From contig JAWLHR010000008.1 of the NCBI GenBank assembly GCA_041690295.1, positions 1-64,000 on the forward strand: a stretch of 64,000 nt of DNA, written 5' to 3'. Position 1 is the first letter of the stretch. The number at the start of each line of letters is the position of its first letter. Source of the DNA: Bdellovibrionales bacterium. GTDB taxonomy: Bacteria; Bdellovibrionota; Bdellovibrionia; Bdellovibrionales; UBA1609. A model generated the notes under the pieces. It was not told where the DNA came from, made no database searches, and saw nothing but the letters and a program-made list of their open reading frames with translations. Shown piece by piece: positions 1 to 10,065 of the stretch. Made by a program: the position numbers and the translations under genes.

Positions 1-76
1 CTCCTTTTTTCACGATTCCAATTTGCTCTTAACTTATTGAAATCATGGATTGGTTGAACCACTCAATCTTCAATTT

Positions 77-604
77 TCAACAGAGCTGTGGGCGAGCCCG
101 TAGCTGCAACGTTTCTTCAGAAAAATTCGCCGACATTCGACAAGTGGTTTCGTTAATGATCGTCTTTCGATCTTGCTGAACCGAAACCGAAGCTTCCGGT
201 AATAGACTCATTAGCGCCTGTTCGGCTTGCAGGATTGTTTTGCGTTCAATCACTTGAACGACTTTCTCTTTTTGATCAGGTCTCATTTTTCCGGTCGCGC
301 TTTCTTGAGCGCGAATCATGGCTTGTGCCTTGGCCAAGGTCGTTAAATTCACTTCTCCAGTTTTAATTTTCTGCTCCACCTGGGGAACCGCGCGCAAAAG
401 TCGGGCGGCCTGAATCCGCCGATTGGCGGCGGCCTCGGAATACCCATACCGGCCGACCAACCAGGCGAACAAGCTCGGAAATCCTCGCTCCAGATAAAGT
501 TTTCGATCCTCAGCCAGATTAATCAGTTTCAAAATCTCATTCGTGATTCGTCTCTCTTCGCGAACCAAATCCGACAATCTCATTTCAATTTGCAGGTCTG
601 TCAT
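77..604 (-). pseudogene. DUF222-like N-terminal part of an HNH-endonuclease family protein, apparently truncated
   Basis: LVREERRIT...LYLERGFPSLF...YSEAAANRRI resembles the N-terminus of HNH-family proteins common in Bdellovibrionota. The ORF stops at 175 aa with no HNH motif. RBS GGAGGGG lies upstream. Confidence 0.55.
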
Positions 605-1336
605 ACACCCCTCCGAATCTTTGATTGCAAAATAGCATGGCTTTAAAGACGCGAGTTTTTCCCGTCAGAATGCCTTCAGTCGCACGATCTAAGGTGACAC
701 GCGAAGGACCGCGAAGAGATCTAAAGAATGGTTTTAAACCGATTTACATGCGAATGACGGGCTCAGGAATTGTCATTACAAAACTTATTCTCGTCATCGC
801 GATTTTCGCTGAAAAAGATGTCAAGTATTTTTCATTTTAAAAATCTTTTTGCAGCGTCCGTTCCCGTTGGAATTTTGCGCGCTGAACGAAGAGTGTGAAT
901 CACTTCAATGATCGATCGGTATTCATTTTTAACGAACAGGTCACGAATCGGCAGTTGTGCGAAACGCACCCGATTCAATTAAACCGCAAAAATTAAAACG
1001 CGATTCGACGCCCCGCTTAGCCGCTGCGAAGTCATGGATACGCAAGACTAAGGCGAGTTCGCACAGGGATGAGCAACTGCGCTGATGTGCCGAATGACCG
1101 ATCTAGTTAATCGGGGAAAGGGTTTCGCGAGCAAGCAACGGAATGGGAAAAGTATTGATTTGGCCGAAATCAGTTTGTAATCAGGGCCGATGATCAACCA
1201 ATTTTTAAGTATAGCCGTCCTAGATGTGCGGCTTTATCTCGGGCTGGATGCAAAAACGCCGGGTTGGATGGCCGGTCAGGCTTTCTTGGATCGCGCGCTG
1301 ACCGTTTGGTCCGGCGTTCGTGTGGGAGTTTTTTAA

Positions 1337-2086
1337 ATGAAGGAAATTGAAAAATTCCTCGGTGGACCCACCAAGAATTCCGAATTCCTTGCCCGCTACA
1401 TCGGCGCCCGAAATCCAAAGGACCGGCGGCCGGACGAGCAGAGCCGGTTGACTTACTGGGGGCTGCCCGTACCCGCGCAAAGGAAATGCGCGAAGGCGAA
1501 GTTTTCCTTCTCCCACCTTTCGGACGACGAGCAATGGCCCATTTGGCATTCCATCTGGCGCGAGTCGCCCATCTATGACGTTAAAAGTGTGGCGATGTTT
1601 TGGATCTCCGATCCCAAACGCAAATCGCTTCGACTGGAGCGGTATAAAGATGTGACCGCGATGATAAGTGAGGTGGACAATTGGGCCCACAGTGATTCAC
1701 TTTCGGCGATCTTGGCCGAAATTCTTGAAGTCCGTCCGTCGCTCTTTGATCTATATTTGAAATGGAATCGTTCGAAAAATCCCTGGTGTCGGCGGCAATC
1801 CATCGTGGGCATATACAACTATGCGCGCTTAAGAAAGAACCCCATGCCGGCGGAAAAATCGATCCCGCTTGTCGAGAATCTTCTGGAAGATCCACATTTT
1901 TACGTCCAGCGCGGTGTGGGATGGACGTTGAGAGAGATCGACCGGGTGAATTCAAAACTCCAGCGCGCCTTCGTGCGGGAAAACGTGCGAAGGATTCATC
2001 CCATCGCCTGGTTCGCCACCACGGAACTTTATCCGACCGAATTGCGCAAAAAACTGGTGCAATTGAGGAAAATCGGGCGGGGCTGA
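1337..2086 (+). CDS. DNA alkylation repair protein (AlkD-like HEAT repeat)
   Basis: Motifs VDNWAHSD, W..S.NPW.RR and D.HFYVQRGVGWTLRE; RBS GGGAG. Confidence 0.85.
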   Translation: MKEIEKFLGGPTKNSEFLARYIGARNPKDRRPDEQSRLTYWGLPVPAQRKCAKAKFSFSHLSDDEQWPIWHSIWRESPIYDVKSVAMFWISDPKRKSLRLERYKDVTAMISEVDNWAHSDSLSAILAEILEVRPSLFDLYLKWNRSKNPWCRRQSIVGIYNYARLRKNPMPAEKSIPLVENLLEDPHFYVQRGVGWTLREIDRVNSKLQRAFVRENVRRIHPIAWFATTELYPTELRKKLVQLRKIGRG

Positions 2087-2107
2087 GCCGCCGCCCGGGT
2101 CAACAGG

Positions 2108-3910
2108 CTATTTAATTTGCAGGGTCACTTTCTTGGGAATCGCATAGCGTCCGTTCGGAAAACGGGTACCGTAACGGATCACCTGGCCATCGATCATGAT
2201 GACTGTTCCCGGTTTGAGTAAATTCAGGTCCGCCGGCGAAACGCCGAAGGCTTCCACGGCGGAAAGGGGAATCCGGCCATCGGCGCCGACCACTAAATCA
2301 GCGCGATGAAAAACGTTTTCCGCCAAAACCCGGCCGTTGAGGCTCACCCGGTAGTGATACTCGGTTCTCACTTCAGGAATGTTTTTGGTTAAATCCCTGA
2401 AATAAATGATGAGGCCCGCGCGATTTCCGCCCAATGAGAATTTACCGACCTGATTGGGATCCATGTAGGGCTTCGCGTCGTAATACGGTTCCGGAGCCAC
2501 CTGAACCACTTCTTCTTTAACGAAGGCGACGGGAGTCGAAATCACGATGCCGTTACGACGAACATCCAACACCACGATCACCGGGCGACCGACGGGTAAA
2601 GCCAATCCCATGTCGATGGCCACGGACGGTTGCTTTTGCTCCAATACCGTCAAGGCCACCAGCTCTTGGCGGGTGTTCGGATCCAGCAGGCGCACTACAT
2701 AATCCGTCCGCGTTTTGGGAACAATGCCTTTGTCCTCGAAACTGAGCTGCAGGCCGCCGGCCCTCAACACGAGCTTCATCGGTGAAATGGTTTGCTCGCC
2801 AAGTTCCGCGGCGTCGTAAGTGGGTGCCAGTCGCATTTGCACCAAAAACTCCTCCTCACTCACTTTTTGAATGAGCGGTTGGTAACTATAGATGGCGTTT
2901 TTGGCGTGGACCGAAATGTCCGAATGGCCGCTGACTTCATTCAGCTCAACCACAAAACTTTCCCGTTCCCCTTGGGTGAGAATGGCCTCGGGCGGGAACT
3001 GCAGTTCAACCCGGGCGCGGATGGTGCGATCAAACACCTGGCGATCTTTGGTGATGCAGCAACGGACTTCATCCCGATAGCGGGTCACCCAGCGCGTGCG
3101 CCGTTCGGTGCGGTACCGGGTCACCCATCGGGTCTTGGTGACCGGGCGGGTTTTGCGCACTTGTTCCCATTCACACTTGCGCACGTCTTTGGGAACTTTC
3201 TTACATTCGCGATCATTTCGGCAGGTTTCACCGACTTTGACGTTCTTGCACTCTTCTTTCCAACAGCGGCGTTCGCGCTCTTCCCGTTCACGACGTTCAC
3301 GTTCTTCGCGTTCGCGTTTTTCTCTTTCACGACGATCGCGCTCCTCACGCTCGCGCTTTTCGCGTTCGCGACGATCTCGTTCCTCGCGCTCCCGTTTTTC
3401 TTTTTCACGGCGTTCGCGGTCTTCGCGCTCGCGGCGCTCGCGATCACGATCGCGATTCACCTCCTGCGCCACGGCCGAATCCGAGGCGAGGATCAAACCC
3501 AGAGCTTGCAAAAAGCCCGGCACGACCACCTGGCAAACCCGCTTTTTCTCGCAACGGCGCTCGTATTTGGGTTCGCAGCGGCGTTTGGTTTCGCACTTTT
3601 CCTCGTAGGTCCGGTGGTTTCGACAGATATATTCCCGGTCCCAGTAGTCCTCGTAGTCTATATATGTCTCGAGCTCCTCATACGGGACCTCTTCGTAATA
3701 AACTTCCTCTTCCTGGTAGGGCACCTGAACGGTGTACTCGGCCTGATAGGTTTCCGTGCGGTAGATGTCCCGCTCCAAAATTGTAGTCAGTGGTGCCGTG
3801 GTTTTTTCGGTTCGTTCAAGTTCAACCCTGTAGCCGGGCTTCGCGAAAGCTGAAGTGCCTAAAGAAATGGCCGTGATCACTCCGATCACTGGCCTCCAAA
3901 CTGGTGTCAC
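2108..3910 (-). CDS. Secreted hypothetical protein with Cys-rich beta-ribbon region and E/R-rich repeat
   Basis: GTG at 3910 follows an AGGGGGGAG RBS. Signal peptide ends SAFA|K. Internal ERERRERE repeats. Confidence 0.8.
   Translation of the reverse strand: MTPVWRPVIGVITAISLGTSAFAKPGYRVELERTEKTTAPLTTILERDIYRTETYQAEYTVQVPYQEEEVYYEEVPYEELETYIDYEDYWDREYICRNHRTYEEKCETKRRCEPKYERRCEKKRVCQVVVPGFLQALGLILASDSAVAQEVNRDRDRERREREDRERREKEKREREERDRREREKREREERDRREREKREREERERREREERERRCWKEECKNVKVGETCRNDRECKKVPKDVRKCEWEQVRKTRPVTKTRWVTRYRTERRTRWVTRYRDEVRCCITKDRQVFDRTIRARVELQFPPEAILTQGERESFVVELNEVSGHSDISVHAKNAIYSYQPLIQKVSEEEFLVQMRLAPTYDAAELGEQTISPMKLVLRAGGLQLSFEDKGIVPKTRTDYVVRLLDPNTRQELVALTVLEQKQPSVAIDMGLALPVGRPVIVVLDVRRNGIVISTPVAFVKEEVVQVAPEPYYDAKPYMDPNQVGKFSLGGNRAGLIIYFRDLTKNIPEVRTEYHYRVSLNGRVLAENVFHRADLVVGADGRIPLSAVEAFGVSPADLNLLKPGTVIMIDGQVIRYGTRFPNGRYAIPKKVTLQIK
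3270..3460 (-). repeat. Low-complexity coding repeat (EREERDRREREKR-type units)
   Basis: Imperfect tandem repeats seen in both DNA and protein. Confidence 0.85.
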
Positions 3911-3945
3911 AAACTCCCCCCCTGTTCGAGTCGCGACCAACGTCC

Positions 3946-3961
3946 AGCAAGGTTTGGACCA
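3946..3961 (-). promoter_or_regulatory. Putative sigma54 promoter
   Basis: Minus strand TGGTCC-AAACC-TTGCT, with correct GG-N10-GC spacing. Confidence 0.55.
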
Positions 3962-4031
3962 GCGGTTTCAGGGTTAAACTGACACCTGCGCTTGCTTGCC
4001 ATAGCCGCCACTTCATGACGCAACGTGCCCC

Positions 4032-4060
4032 TTGCCCAAGGCGGTGGTTTCCCGTAGAGT
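4032..4060 (+). promoter_or_regulatory. Putative sigma70 promoter for leaderless guaA
   Basis: TTGCCC-N17-TAGAGT, then 6 nt to ATG, with no SD sequence. Confidence 0.55.
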
Positions 4061-4066
4061 CGGTCC

Positions 4067-5590
4067 ATGGTTGAAAATGGCGTCGTTATACTGGATTTTG
4101 GCTCGCAGTACACTCAACTGATCGCGCGTCGATGTCGTGAATTGGGTGTCTACTCGGAGCTTGTAACTTTCGACACAAAACTGGCGGAGATCAAAGCCAA
4201 AAAGCCGGTGGCGATCATCCTCAGTGGGGGCCCGAGTTCGGTGATGGATCCGGAATCGCCCAAACGCGAGGTTCGCGAACTGCTCGAAGTCGCGCCGGTT
4301 CTGGGCATTTGTTACGGCATGCAGCTCTTGGCCCATCAATTAGGGGGCCGGGTCGAGCCCGCCCATCGCCGCGAGTATGGTTACGCCCAGGTGGAGTGGA
4401 AGGAAAATCTCTTCGACGGTCCATCCGAGCAGAAGGTATGGATGAGCCATGGCGACGTGATCACCAAAGCCCCCGCCGATGCGAAGATTGTGGCGTACTC
4501 TGAAAACAATCATCCCGCCGCCATTAAAGGTGATCGTTACTGGGCCGTGCAATTTCATCCGGAAGTGGCCCACACCGATCAGGGCACGGAATTTTTGAGC
4601 GCGTTCCTTTTTGATTTTTGCAAAGCCAAGAAAAATTGGACCACCGAGAAAATCGAAAATCATTTGCTCCAGGATATTAAAGACAAAGTAGGCTCCGAAT
4701 CCGTGTTGTGCGCTTTGAGCGGCGGCGTGGATTCCACGGTGGTGGCCACTTTGCTCACCCGGGCTCTCGGGCCGGACCAAGTGAAATGCGTCTTCGTCGA
4801 CACAGGACTTCTTCGCAAGAATGAATTCGAAAACGTTCAAGCGATGTATAAAGAAATCGGCTTAAACGTGCTCGGCGTGGATGCGAAGGCGGATTTTCTT
4901 TCGCGATTGGCCGGCGTCGAAGATCCGGAGGCCAAGCGAAAAATCATCGGGCACACCTTCATTGACGTGTTTAAAAAGGCGTTCAATCAGGTGGGAAATT
5001 GCCAATGGTTGGCCCAAGGCACGCTTTATCCGGATGTGATTGAGTCGGTGAGTCCGAGGGGCACAAGTGTCACGATCAAATCCCATCATAACGTGGGCGG
5101 GCTTCCCAAAGATCTTGGGCTGAAATTGATCGAACCTCTGCGTGAATTGTTCAAGGATGAAGTGAGAAAGATTGGGGCGGACCTGGGAATCCCCAAAAAA
5201 TTCCTCTGGCGGCATCCGTTCCCTGGGCCTGGATTGGCCATTCGCCTGATCGGTGCGGTCAACGAGCAGGACTTGAATATCCTTAAAGAAGTGGACGCGA
5301 TTTATATCGAGGAACTTGAGAAAAGCGGACTTTATGAAAAAATCTGGCAGGCGTTTTGTGTGTTGCTGCCGGTCAAAACCGTGGGTGTGCAGGGTGACAA
5401 TCGCACCTATGACCGGGTGGTGGCACTCAGAGCCGTCACGTCAACCGATGGCATGACCGCGAACTGGTATCCGTTCGATCCGCAATTCATGAGCCGGGTT
5501 TCGAATCGCATCACCAATGAGGTTCGTGGCGTCAATCGGGTGGTTTATGATGTCACATCAAAACCACCTGGTACCATTGAGTGGGAATAA
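4067..5590 (+). CDS. guaA: GMP synthase (glutamine-hydrolysing)
   Basis: LDFGSQYTQLIARR, GICYGMQ, QFHPEV, SGGVDS and KPPGTIEWE. Confidence 0.99.
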   Translation: MVENGVVILDFGSQYTQLIARRCRELGVYSELVTFDTKLAEIKAKKPVAIILSGGPSSVMDPESPKREVRELLEVAPVLGICYGMQLLAHQLGGRVEPAHRREYGYAQVEWKENLFDGPSEQKVWMSHGDVITKAPADAKIVAYSENNHPAAIKGDRYWAVQFHPEVAHTDQGTEFLSAFLFDFCKAKKNWTTEKIENHLLQDIKDKVGSESVLCALSGGVDSTVVATLLTRALGPDQVKCVFVDTGLLRKNEFENVQAMYKEIGLNVLGVDAKADFLSRLAGVEDPEAKRKIIGHTFIDVFKKAFNQVGNCQWLAQGTLYPDVIESVSPRGTSVTIKSHHNVGGLPKDLGLKLIEPLRELFKDEVRKIGADLGIPKKFLWRHPFPGPGLAIRLIGAVNEQDLNILKEVDAIYIEELEKSGLYEKIWQAFCVLLPVKTVGVQGDNRTYDRVVALRAVTSTDGMTANWYPFDPQFMSRVSNRITNEVRGVNRVVYDVTSKPPGTIEWE

Positions 5591-8500
5591 TGTCCTTCGT
5601 CCATCTCCATGTGCATTCGCAATATTCGATGCTTGAGGCCACTTGCCGAATCAAGGCGCTGGCCAAAAAGGCCGCCGAATTCAACATGCCGGCGGTGGCG
5701 CTCACCGATTACGGCAATATGTTCGGCGCCATCGAATTTTATTTCGCCTGTAAAGACGCCGGCGTAAAACCGCTTGTCGGACTCGAAGTTTTTATCGCGC
5801 CGAAATCGCGGTTGGTGAAGGGCGAGGATCGCGAAGCCGCCAGCCAGCCCTCAAGGCGGTTGGTATTGATCGCGCAAAATGTGGCCGGCTACCGCACACT
5901 CTGTAAGCTTTCGACCATCGGTTATCAGGAAGGCTTCTACTACCGGCCGCGGGTCGATTACGAAGTGTTACATAAGTTTTCGAATGATGTGATCGCTTTG
6001 AGCGGTGGGTTGATGGGTGATGTGCCTTGGACGTTCAAGAATCACGGCCCCGATGCCTGTTTGCAAAAAATCAAAGATCTGAAGGCCATTTACGGCGATC
6101 GTTTTTATCTGGAAATCAACCGCACCGGGATCAAGGACTGGGAGACGATCAATCCCTTTCTGTTGCAAGCGGGTCGTGACTTGGGTGTTCCCGTGGTGGC
6201 CACCAACGACGTTCACTACATGAGTCCGTCGGATCAGCTGGCACAGGAAGTTTTGATCTGTATCGGCAGCAACAAAACCCTGCAGGATGAAACCCGATTC
6301 CGATTGGGAAGCGATCAGTTCTATTTCAAGTCCCCTGAGGAAATGCGCGGTTTGTTTCACGACTGCCCGCAAGCCTGTGATGAAACCTTGGCGGTGGCGG
6401 AACGTTGCGACCTCAAGTTCACCTTGAAGGACGCGAACGGATCCCCCATTTATCATTTGCCGAGTTTCCCCACCGAAAAAAAATCTTTGAAAGAAGAAAT
6501 CCGCGACCTGGCTTTGCAAGGGCTGGAACGCCGGTTTGAAGAGGCGGAAAAACGCGGTGAAGGGATCAGTCCCGAAAAACGCGAGAAGTATCTGGAGCGC
6601 TTGAAATATGAGCTGGAAGTCATCGATAAGATGGACTTTAACGGGTACTTTCTTATCGTCCAGGACTTCATCGGTTGGGCCAAGAAGAACGGCATTCCCG
6701 TCGGTCCCGGACGGGGCTCGGGCGCGGGCTCACTGGTCGCGTACAGCTTGCGGATCACCGATCTTGATCCCATGCCTTATAACCTGATCTTCGAGCGTTT
6801 CTTGAACCCCGAGCGCGTGAGCATGCCGGACTTCGATGTGGACTTCTGTCAGGAGCACCGGGGCCGGGTCATCGAATACGTGATTCAAAAATACGGCCGG
6901 CAATCGGTTTCGCAAATCATCACCTACGGACGACTTCAGGCGCGGGCGGCGATCCGAGATGTGGGTCGTGTGATGGGCATGAGCTATAGCGAAGTGGACA
7001 CGGTGGCCAAACTGGTGCCCGAAAAGCTCGGTATCCATTTGAAAGAGGCCATCGAAATGGAGCCGCGCTTGCGCGAGTTGATGGAGATGGATCCTAAAGT
7101 CCAGACCCTGATGGATATCGCGCAAAAAATCGAAGGATTGGTGCGCCACGCGGGGATCCATGCGGCCGGTGTGATTATCGCCAATGGAAATATCATCGAT
7201 CACGCGCCTCTTTATCGCGGTGTGGATGGTGAAAACGTCGTCCAATACGACATGAAGCACGCCGAAAAAATCGGCCTGGTTAAATTCGATTTCCTGGGAT
7301 TGAAAACCCTCACTCACATTCAAGAGGCGCTCAATCTCATCCGCAAGAACCGGGGGAAATCCTACACCGTCCAGGACATCTCGCTGTCGGATCCGGGGAT
7401 TTACGAAATCATGTGCCGCGGGGATACGGCGGGAATTTTCCAGTTCGAGGGTGAGGGAATTACCGACCTGATCCGCAAAGCCAAACCGTCCTGTTTTGAG
7501 GACATCGTGGCCATCAATGCGCTTTACCGGCCTGGTCCGATGGACATGATCCCCGATTATCTGGCCCGTCGTAATGGCGAAAAACCGGTGAACTATTATT
7601 TTCCGGAACTTGAAGAAGTTCTTAAAGAAACATTCGGTGTGATTGTTTACCAGGAACAGGTGCAGCTGGTGGCGGCGCGAATCGCCAACTACTCCCTGGG
7701 TGAAGCGGACATGCTCCGCCGAGCGATGGGTAAGAAGATCGCCGAAGAAATGGCCGTGCAGAAATCACGCTTCCTGAAAGGCGCGCAAGAGACCAATCAC
7801 GACTTAAAGAAATCAGAGGAACTTTTTGACCTGATGGCGGAGTTCGCCAAGTACGGATTCAATAAATCCCATGCGGCGGCCTATTGTGTGGTCGCGGCGC
7901 ACACCGCTTGGCTTAAGAATTATTACCCGGTTGAGTTTTACGCCGCTCTTCTCAGTACGGAGATGAGCGATACCGATAAGATCGTCAAGTACGTTAAAGA
8001 CGCGCAAGCCCACAATATCGAGATCGTTCCACCTCACGTAAATCATTCGGAATACAAATTCTCAGCGGTGGGCGAAAAGATTCTCTTCAGTTTGGGCGCG
8101 ATCAAAGGTGTGGGCGAAGGAGCCGTCGAAGCCATCGTCTCGGCCCGCGAACGGCTGCCGGAAAAGAAATTCGCAAACCTCGAGCAGTTCTTCAGTGAAA
8201 TTGAAATCAAGAAAGTGAACAAAAAAACCATCGAAGCCTTGATCAAAGCGGGAGCGTTGGATGGATTCGGTTACAACCGACATGAACTGATCAATGGGTT
8301 CACTAAATTCATTGAGCGTAGTGAAGGGCTTCGTAAAGATCGCGAAATCGGTCAAACCTCGCTTTTTGATCTGGATGAATCGGCCAACGAAGCCCAGGCC
8401 GTCAGACTGGATCGCCTTGAGCCGTGGAGCCGTTCGGCCTCTTTAGCCTTTGAGAAAGAAGTGCTTGGGTTTTATTTGACCGATCATCCTCTGGCCGGTC

Positions 8501-9054
8501 TCGAAGTCCTGGGTCGTCAGTATGGCGCGATTCCGATTAACGAGTTGAGCAAGGCGCAACACAAAAGCAAAGTTCATCTTCTTTGTTTGGTGTCCAGTTT
8601 ACGTGAAATCATCACCAAAAAGGGAACTCGCATGGCCTTCACCCGCATCGAGGACACTTCGGCGGCGGTGGAGATGGTGGTGTTCCCGGACACCTACGCG
8701 CAGTATGAACGGGTTTTGAAGTCCGAGGCGCCATTGTATGTGACCGCCGTGGTGGAAAACGGTGAGGGCGGCGTCAAAGTGATCGCGGAACAAATCAAAG
8801 TCGCGGAAGACCTGTTTAAATTGGTTAAGAAGGTGACGTTGAATCTCACCGAATCCCTGGATGAAGCGAAGATCGCGCTCATTAGGCAGTGGGCTGAAAA
8901 ACATCCCGGTGACGCCGGATTGTCGTTCCGACTGGAACTCGCCGACATTAAGAAGGCCGTGGAACTTGAAGTGAAGGACCTTGCCGGGGTAAAACTTTCG
9001 GGTGAAGCGATGGACGGATTACAACGCCTCGGCGTTGAAATGAGGATAAACTGA
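5590..9054 (+). CDS. dnaE: DNA polymerase III alpha subunit
   Basis: PHP domain FVHLHVHSQYS, GRGSGAGS, MPDFDVDF, YGFNKSH. The ATG overlaps the guaA stop (TAATG). Confidence 0.99.
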   Translation: MSFVHLHVHSQYSMLEATCRIKALAKKAAEFNMPAVALTDYGNMFGAIEFYFACKDAGVKPLVGLEVFIAPKSRLVKGEDREAASQPSRRLVLIAQNVAGYRTLCKLSTIGYQEGFYYRPRVDYEVLHKFSNDVIALSGGLMGDVPWTFKNHGPDACLQKIKDLKAIYGDRFYLEINRTGIKDWETINPFLLQAGRDLGVPVVATNDVHYMSPSDQLAQEVLICIGSNKTLQDETRFRLGSDQFYFKSPEEMRGLFHDCPQACDETLAVAERCDLKFTLKDANGSPIYHLPSFPTEKKSLKEEIRDLALQGLERRFEEAEKRGEGISPEKREKYLERLKYELEVIDKMDFNGYFLIVQDFIGWAKKNGIPVGPGRGSGAGSLVAYSLRITDLDPMPYNLIFERFLNPERVSMPDFDVDFCQEHRGRVIEYVIQKYGRQSVSQIITYGRLQARAAIRDVGRVMGMSYSEVDTVAKLVPEKLGIHLKEAIEMEPRLRELMEMDPKVQTLMDIAQKIEGLVRHAGIHAAGVIIANGNIIDHAPLYRGVDGENVVQYDMKHAEKIGLVKFDFLGLKTLTHIQEALNLIRKNRGKSYTVQDISLSDPGIYEIMCRGDTAGIFQFEGEGITDLIRKAKPSCFEDIVAINALYRPGPMDMIPDYLARRNGEKPVNYYFPELEEVLKETFGVIVYQEQVQLVAARIANYSLGEADMLRRAMGKKIAEEMAVQKSRFLKGAQETNHDLKKSEELFDLMAEFAKYGFNKSHAAAYCVVAAHTAWLKNYYPVEFYAALLSTEMSDTDKIVKYVKDAQAHNIEIVPPHVNHSEYKFSAVGEKILFSLGAIKGVGEGAVEAIVSARERLPEKKFANLEQFFSEIEIKKVNKKTIEALIKAGALDGFGYNRHELINGFTKFIERSEGLRKDREIGQTSLFDLDESANEAQAVRLDRLEPWSRSASLAFEKEVLGFYLTDHPLAGLEVLGRQYGAIPINELSKAQHKSKVHLLCLVSSLREIITKKGTRMAFTRIEDTSAAVEMVVFPDTYAQYERVLKSEAPLYVTAVVENGEGGVKVIAEQIKVAEDLFKLVKKVTLNLTESLDEAKIALIRQWAEKHPGDAGLSFRLELADIKKAVELEVKDLAGVKLSGEAMDGLQRLGVEMRIN

Positions 9055-9055
9055 T

Positions 9056-9598
9056 ATGAAATACTTAATGATCCTTTTGGGAGGACTGCTCATGCAACTC
9101 GAATCGGCCGCAAAAACACAATCGATTTATGATCTCACGGTGAAAGACATTGACGGTAAAGAAGTGGCGCTTTCCACCTATAAAGGAAAAACGCTTCTCA
9201 TCGTAAATTCCGCGTCAAAGTGTGGGTATACAAAACAATATAAGGGGCTTGAGGAGCTTTATTCCAAATATAAAGACAAGGGATTGGTTGTCCTCGGCTT
9301 TCCCAGCAATGATTTCGGCGGCCAGGAGCCGGGTAGCAATGAAGACATCAAAAAGTTCTGCCAAACCAATTTCAATGTGAAATTTCCGCTTTTCGCCAAG
9401 GGGCCGGTGAAGGGCCCGGAAAAACAGCCATTGTTTGAGATTCTCACGAATTCCGCTCCGCAGACCGGCGAAATCAAATGGAATTTTGAGAAATTTCTGG
9501 TTTCAAAGGATGGTCGCGTCATCGGCCGATATGAATCCAAGGTGACACCAGATGATCCGGGATTGATGCGAGCCATCGAAGCTGATCTGGCAAAATAG
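9056..9598 (+). CDS. Glutathione peroxidase family protein, possibly exported
   Basis: NSASKCGYT, GFPSNDFGGQEPG, WNFEKFL; hydrophobic N-terminus. Confidence 0.95.
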   Translation: MKYLMILLGGLLMQLESAAKTQSIYDLTVKDIDGKEVALSTYKGKTLLIVNSASKCGYTKQYKGLEELYSKYKDKGLVVLGFPSNDFGGQEPGSNEDIKKFCQTNFNVKFPLFAKGPVKGPEKQPLFEILTNSAPQTGEIKWNFEKFLVSKDGRVIGRYESKVTPDDPGLMRAIEADLAK

Positions 9599-9717
9599 CG
9601 AGTGTAGAGCCTAATTAACACCACCTTCATGGTGGTATGCGACTTGCTCCTTATCCTTTACAACGGGGTGGCCGGTGTCATCAGAACACCACTGCCTGAA
9701 AAGGAAGGGGAGAGAAT

Positions 9718-9939
9718 ATGCAAGACGAAACAATTGGACCGCGTGTCGCGCAATTGGCTAGCCGGCTAAAGGTGAAACAAACGCGTATCGCGCAAGACTG
9801 CGACATCTCGCGTATCTCGGTTAACCGGTTTTTCCGTGGACGCAGCGAAATTCGTGCGACGGATCTGGTTAATGTTCTTAAAGTTCTCGGGATTGATCTC
9901 GAGCAAGAGATTGAACGCCGGCTCAGTCCTGGCATGTAA
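9718..9939 (+). CDS. Small XRE-type helix-turn-helix protein
   Basis: QTRIAQDCDISRISVNRFFRG HTH pattern; strong RBS. Confidence 0.8.
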   Translation: MQDETIGPRVAQLASRLKVKQTRIAQDCDISRISVNRFFRGRSEIRATDLVNVLKVLGIDLEQEIERRLSPGM

Positions 9940-9995
9940 ATCAAGGGGCTGCTGCAGGGACCGCCAATTGTGGCGGCCGCTGCAGCGGCTTGATT
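9939..9995. terminator. Long imperfect hairpin after the HTH gene
   Basis: AATCAAG...GCTGCTGCAG..CCGCCA-ATTG-TGGCGG..CTGCAGCGGC-TTGATT. No U-tract, so function is uncertain. Confidence 0.45.
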
Positions 9996-10065
9996 GCCTC
10001 TCATTGCCGGCCTAATCTGACAATATGATGGAACTCCGTCGATCTTCTACAAGGGCCAGGCATTC

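Noticed and set aside
605..1336. 730-bp intergenic region including ORF 625-840
   Set aside because: No RBS, motif, repeat array or RNA structure that I could support.
2792..3853. 353-aa Phe/Ala-rich and 170-aa Arg/Ser-rich plus-strand ORFs
   Set aside because: Antisense translations of the E/R repeat gene.
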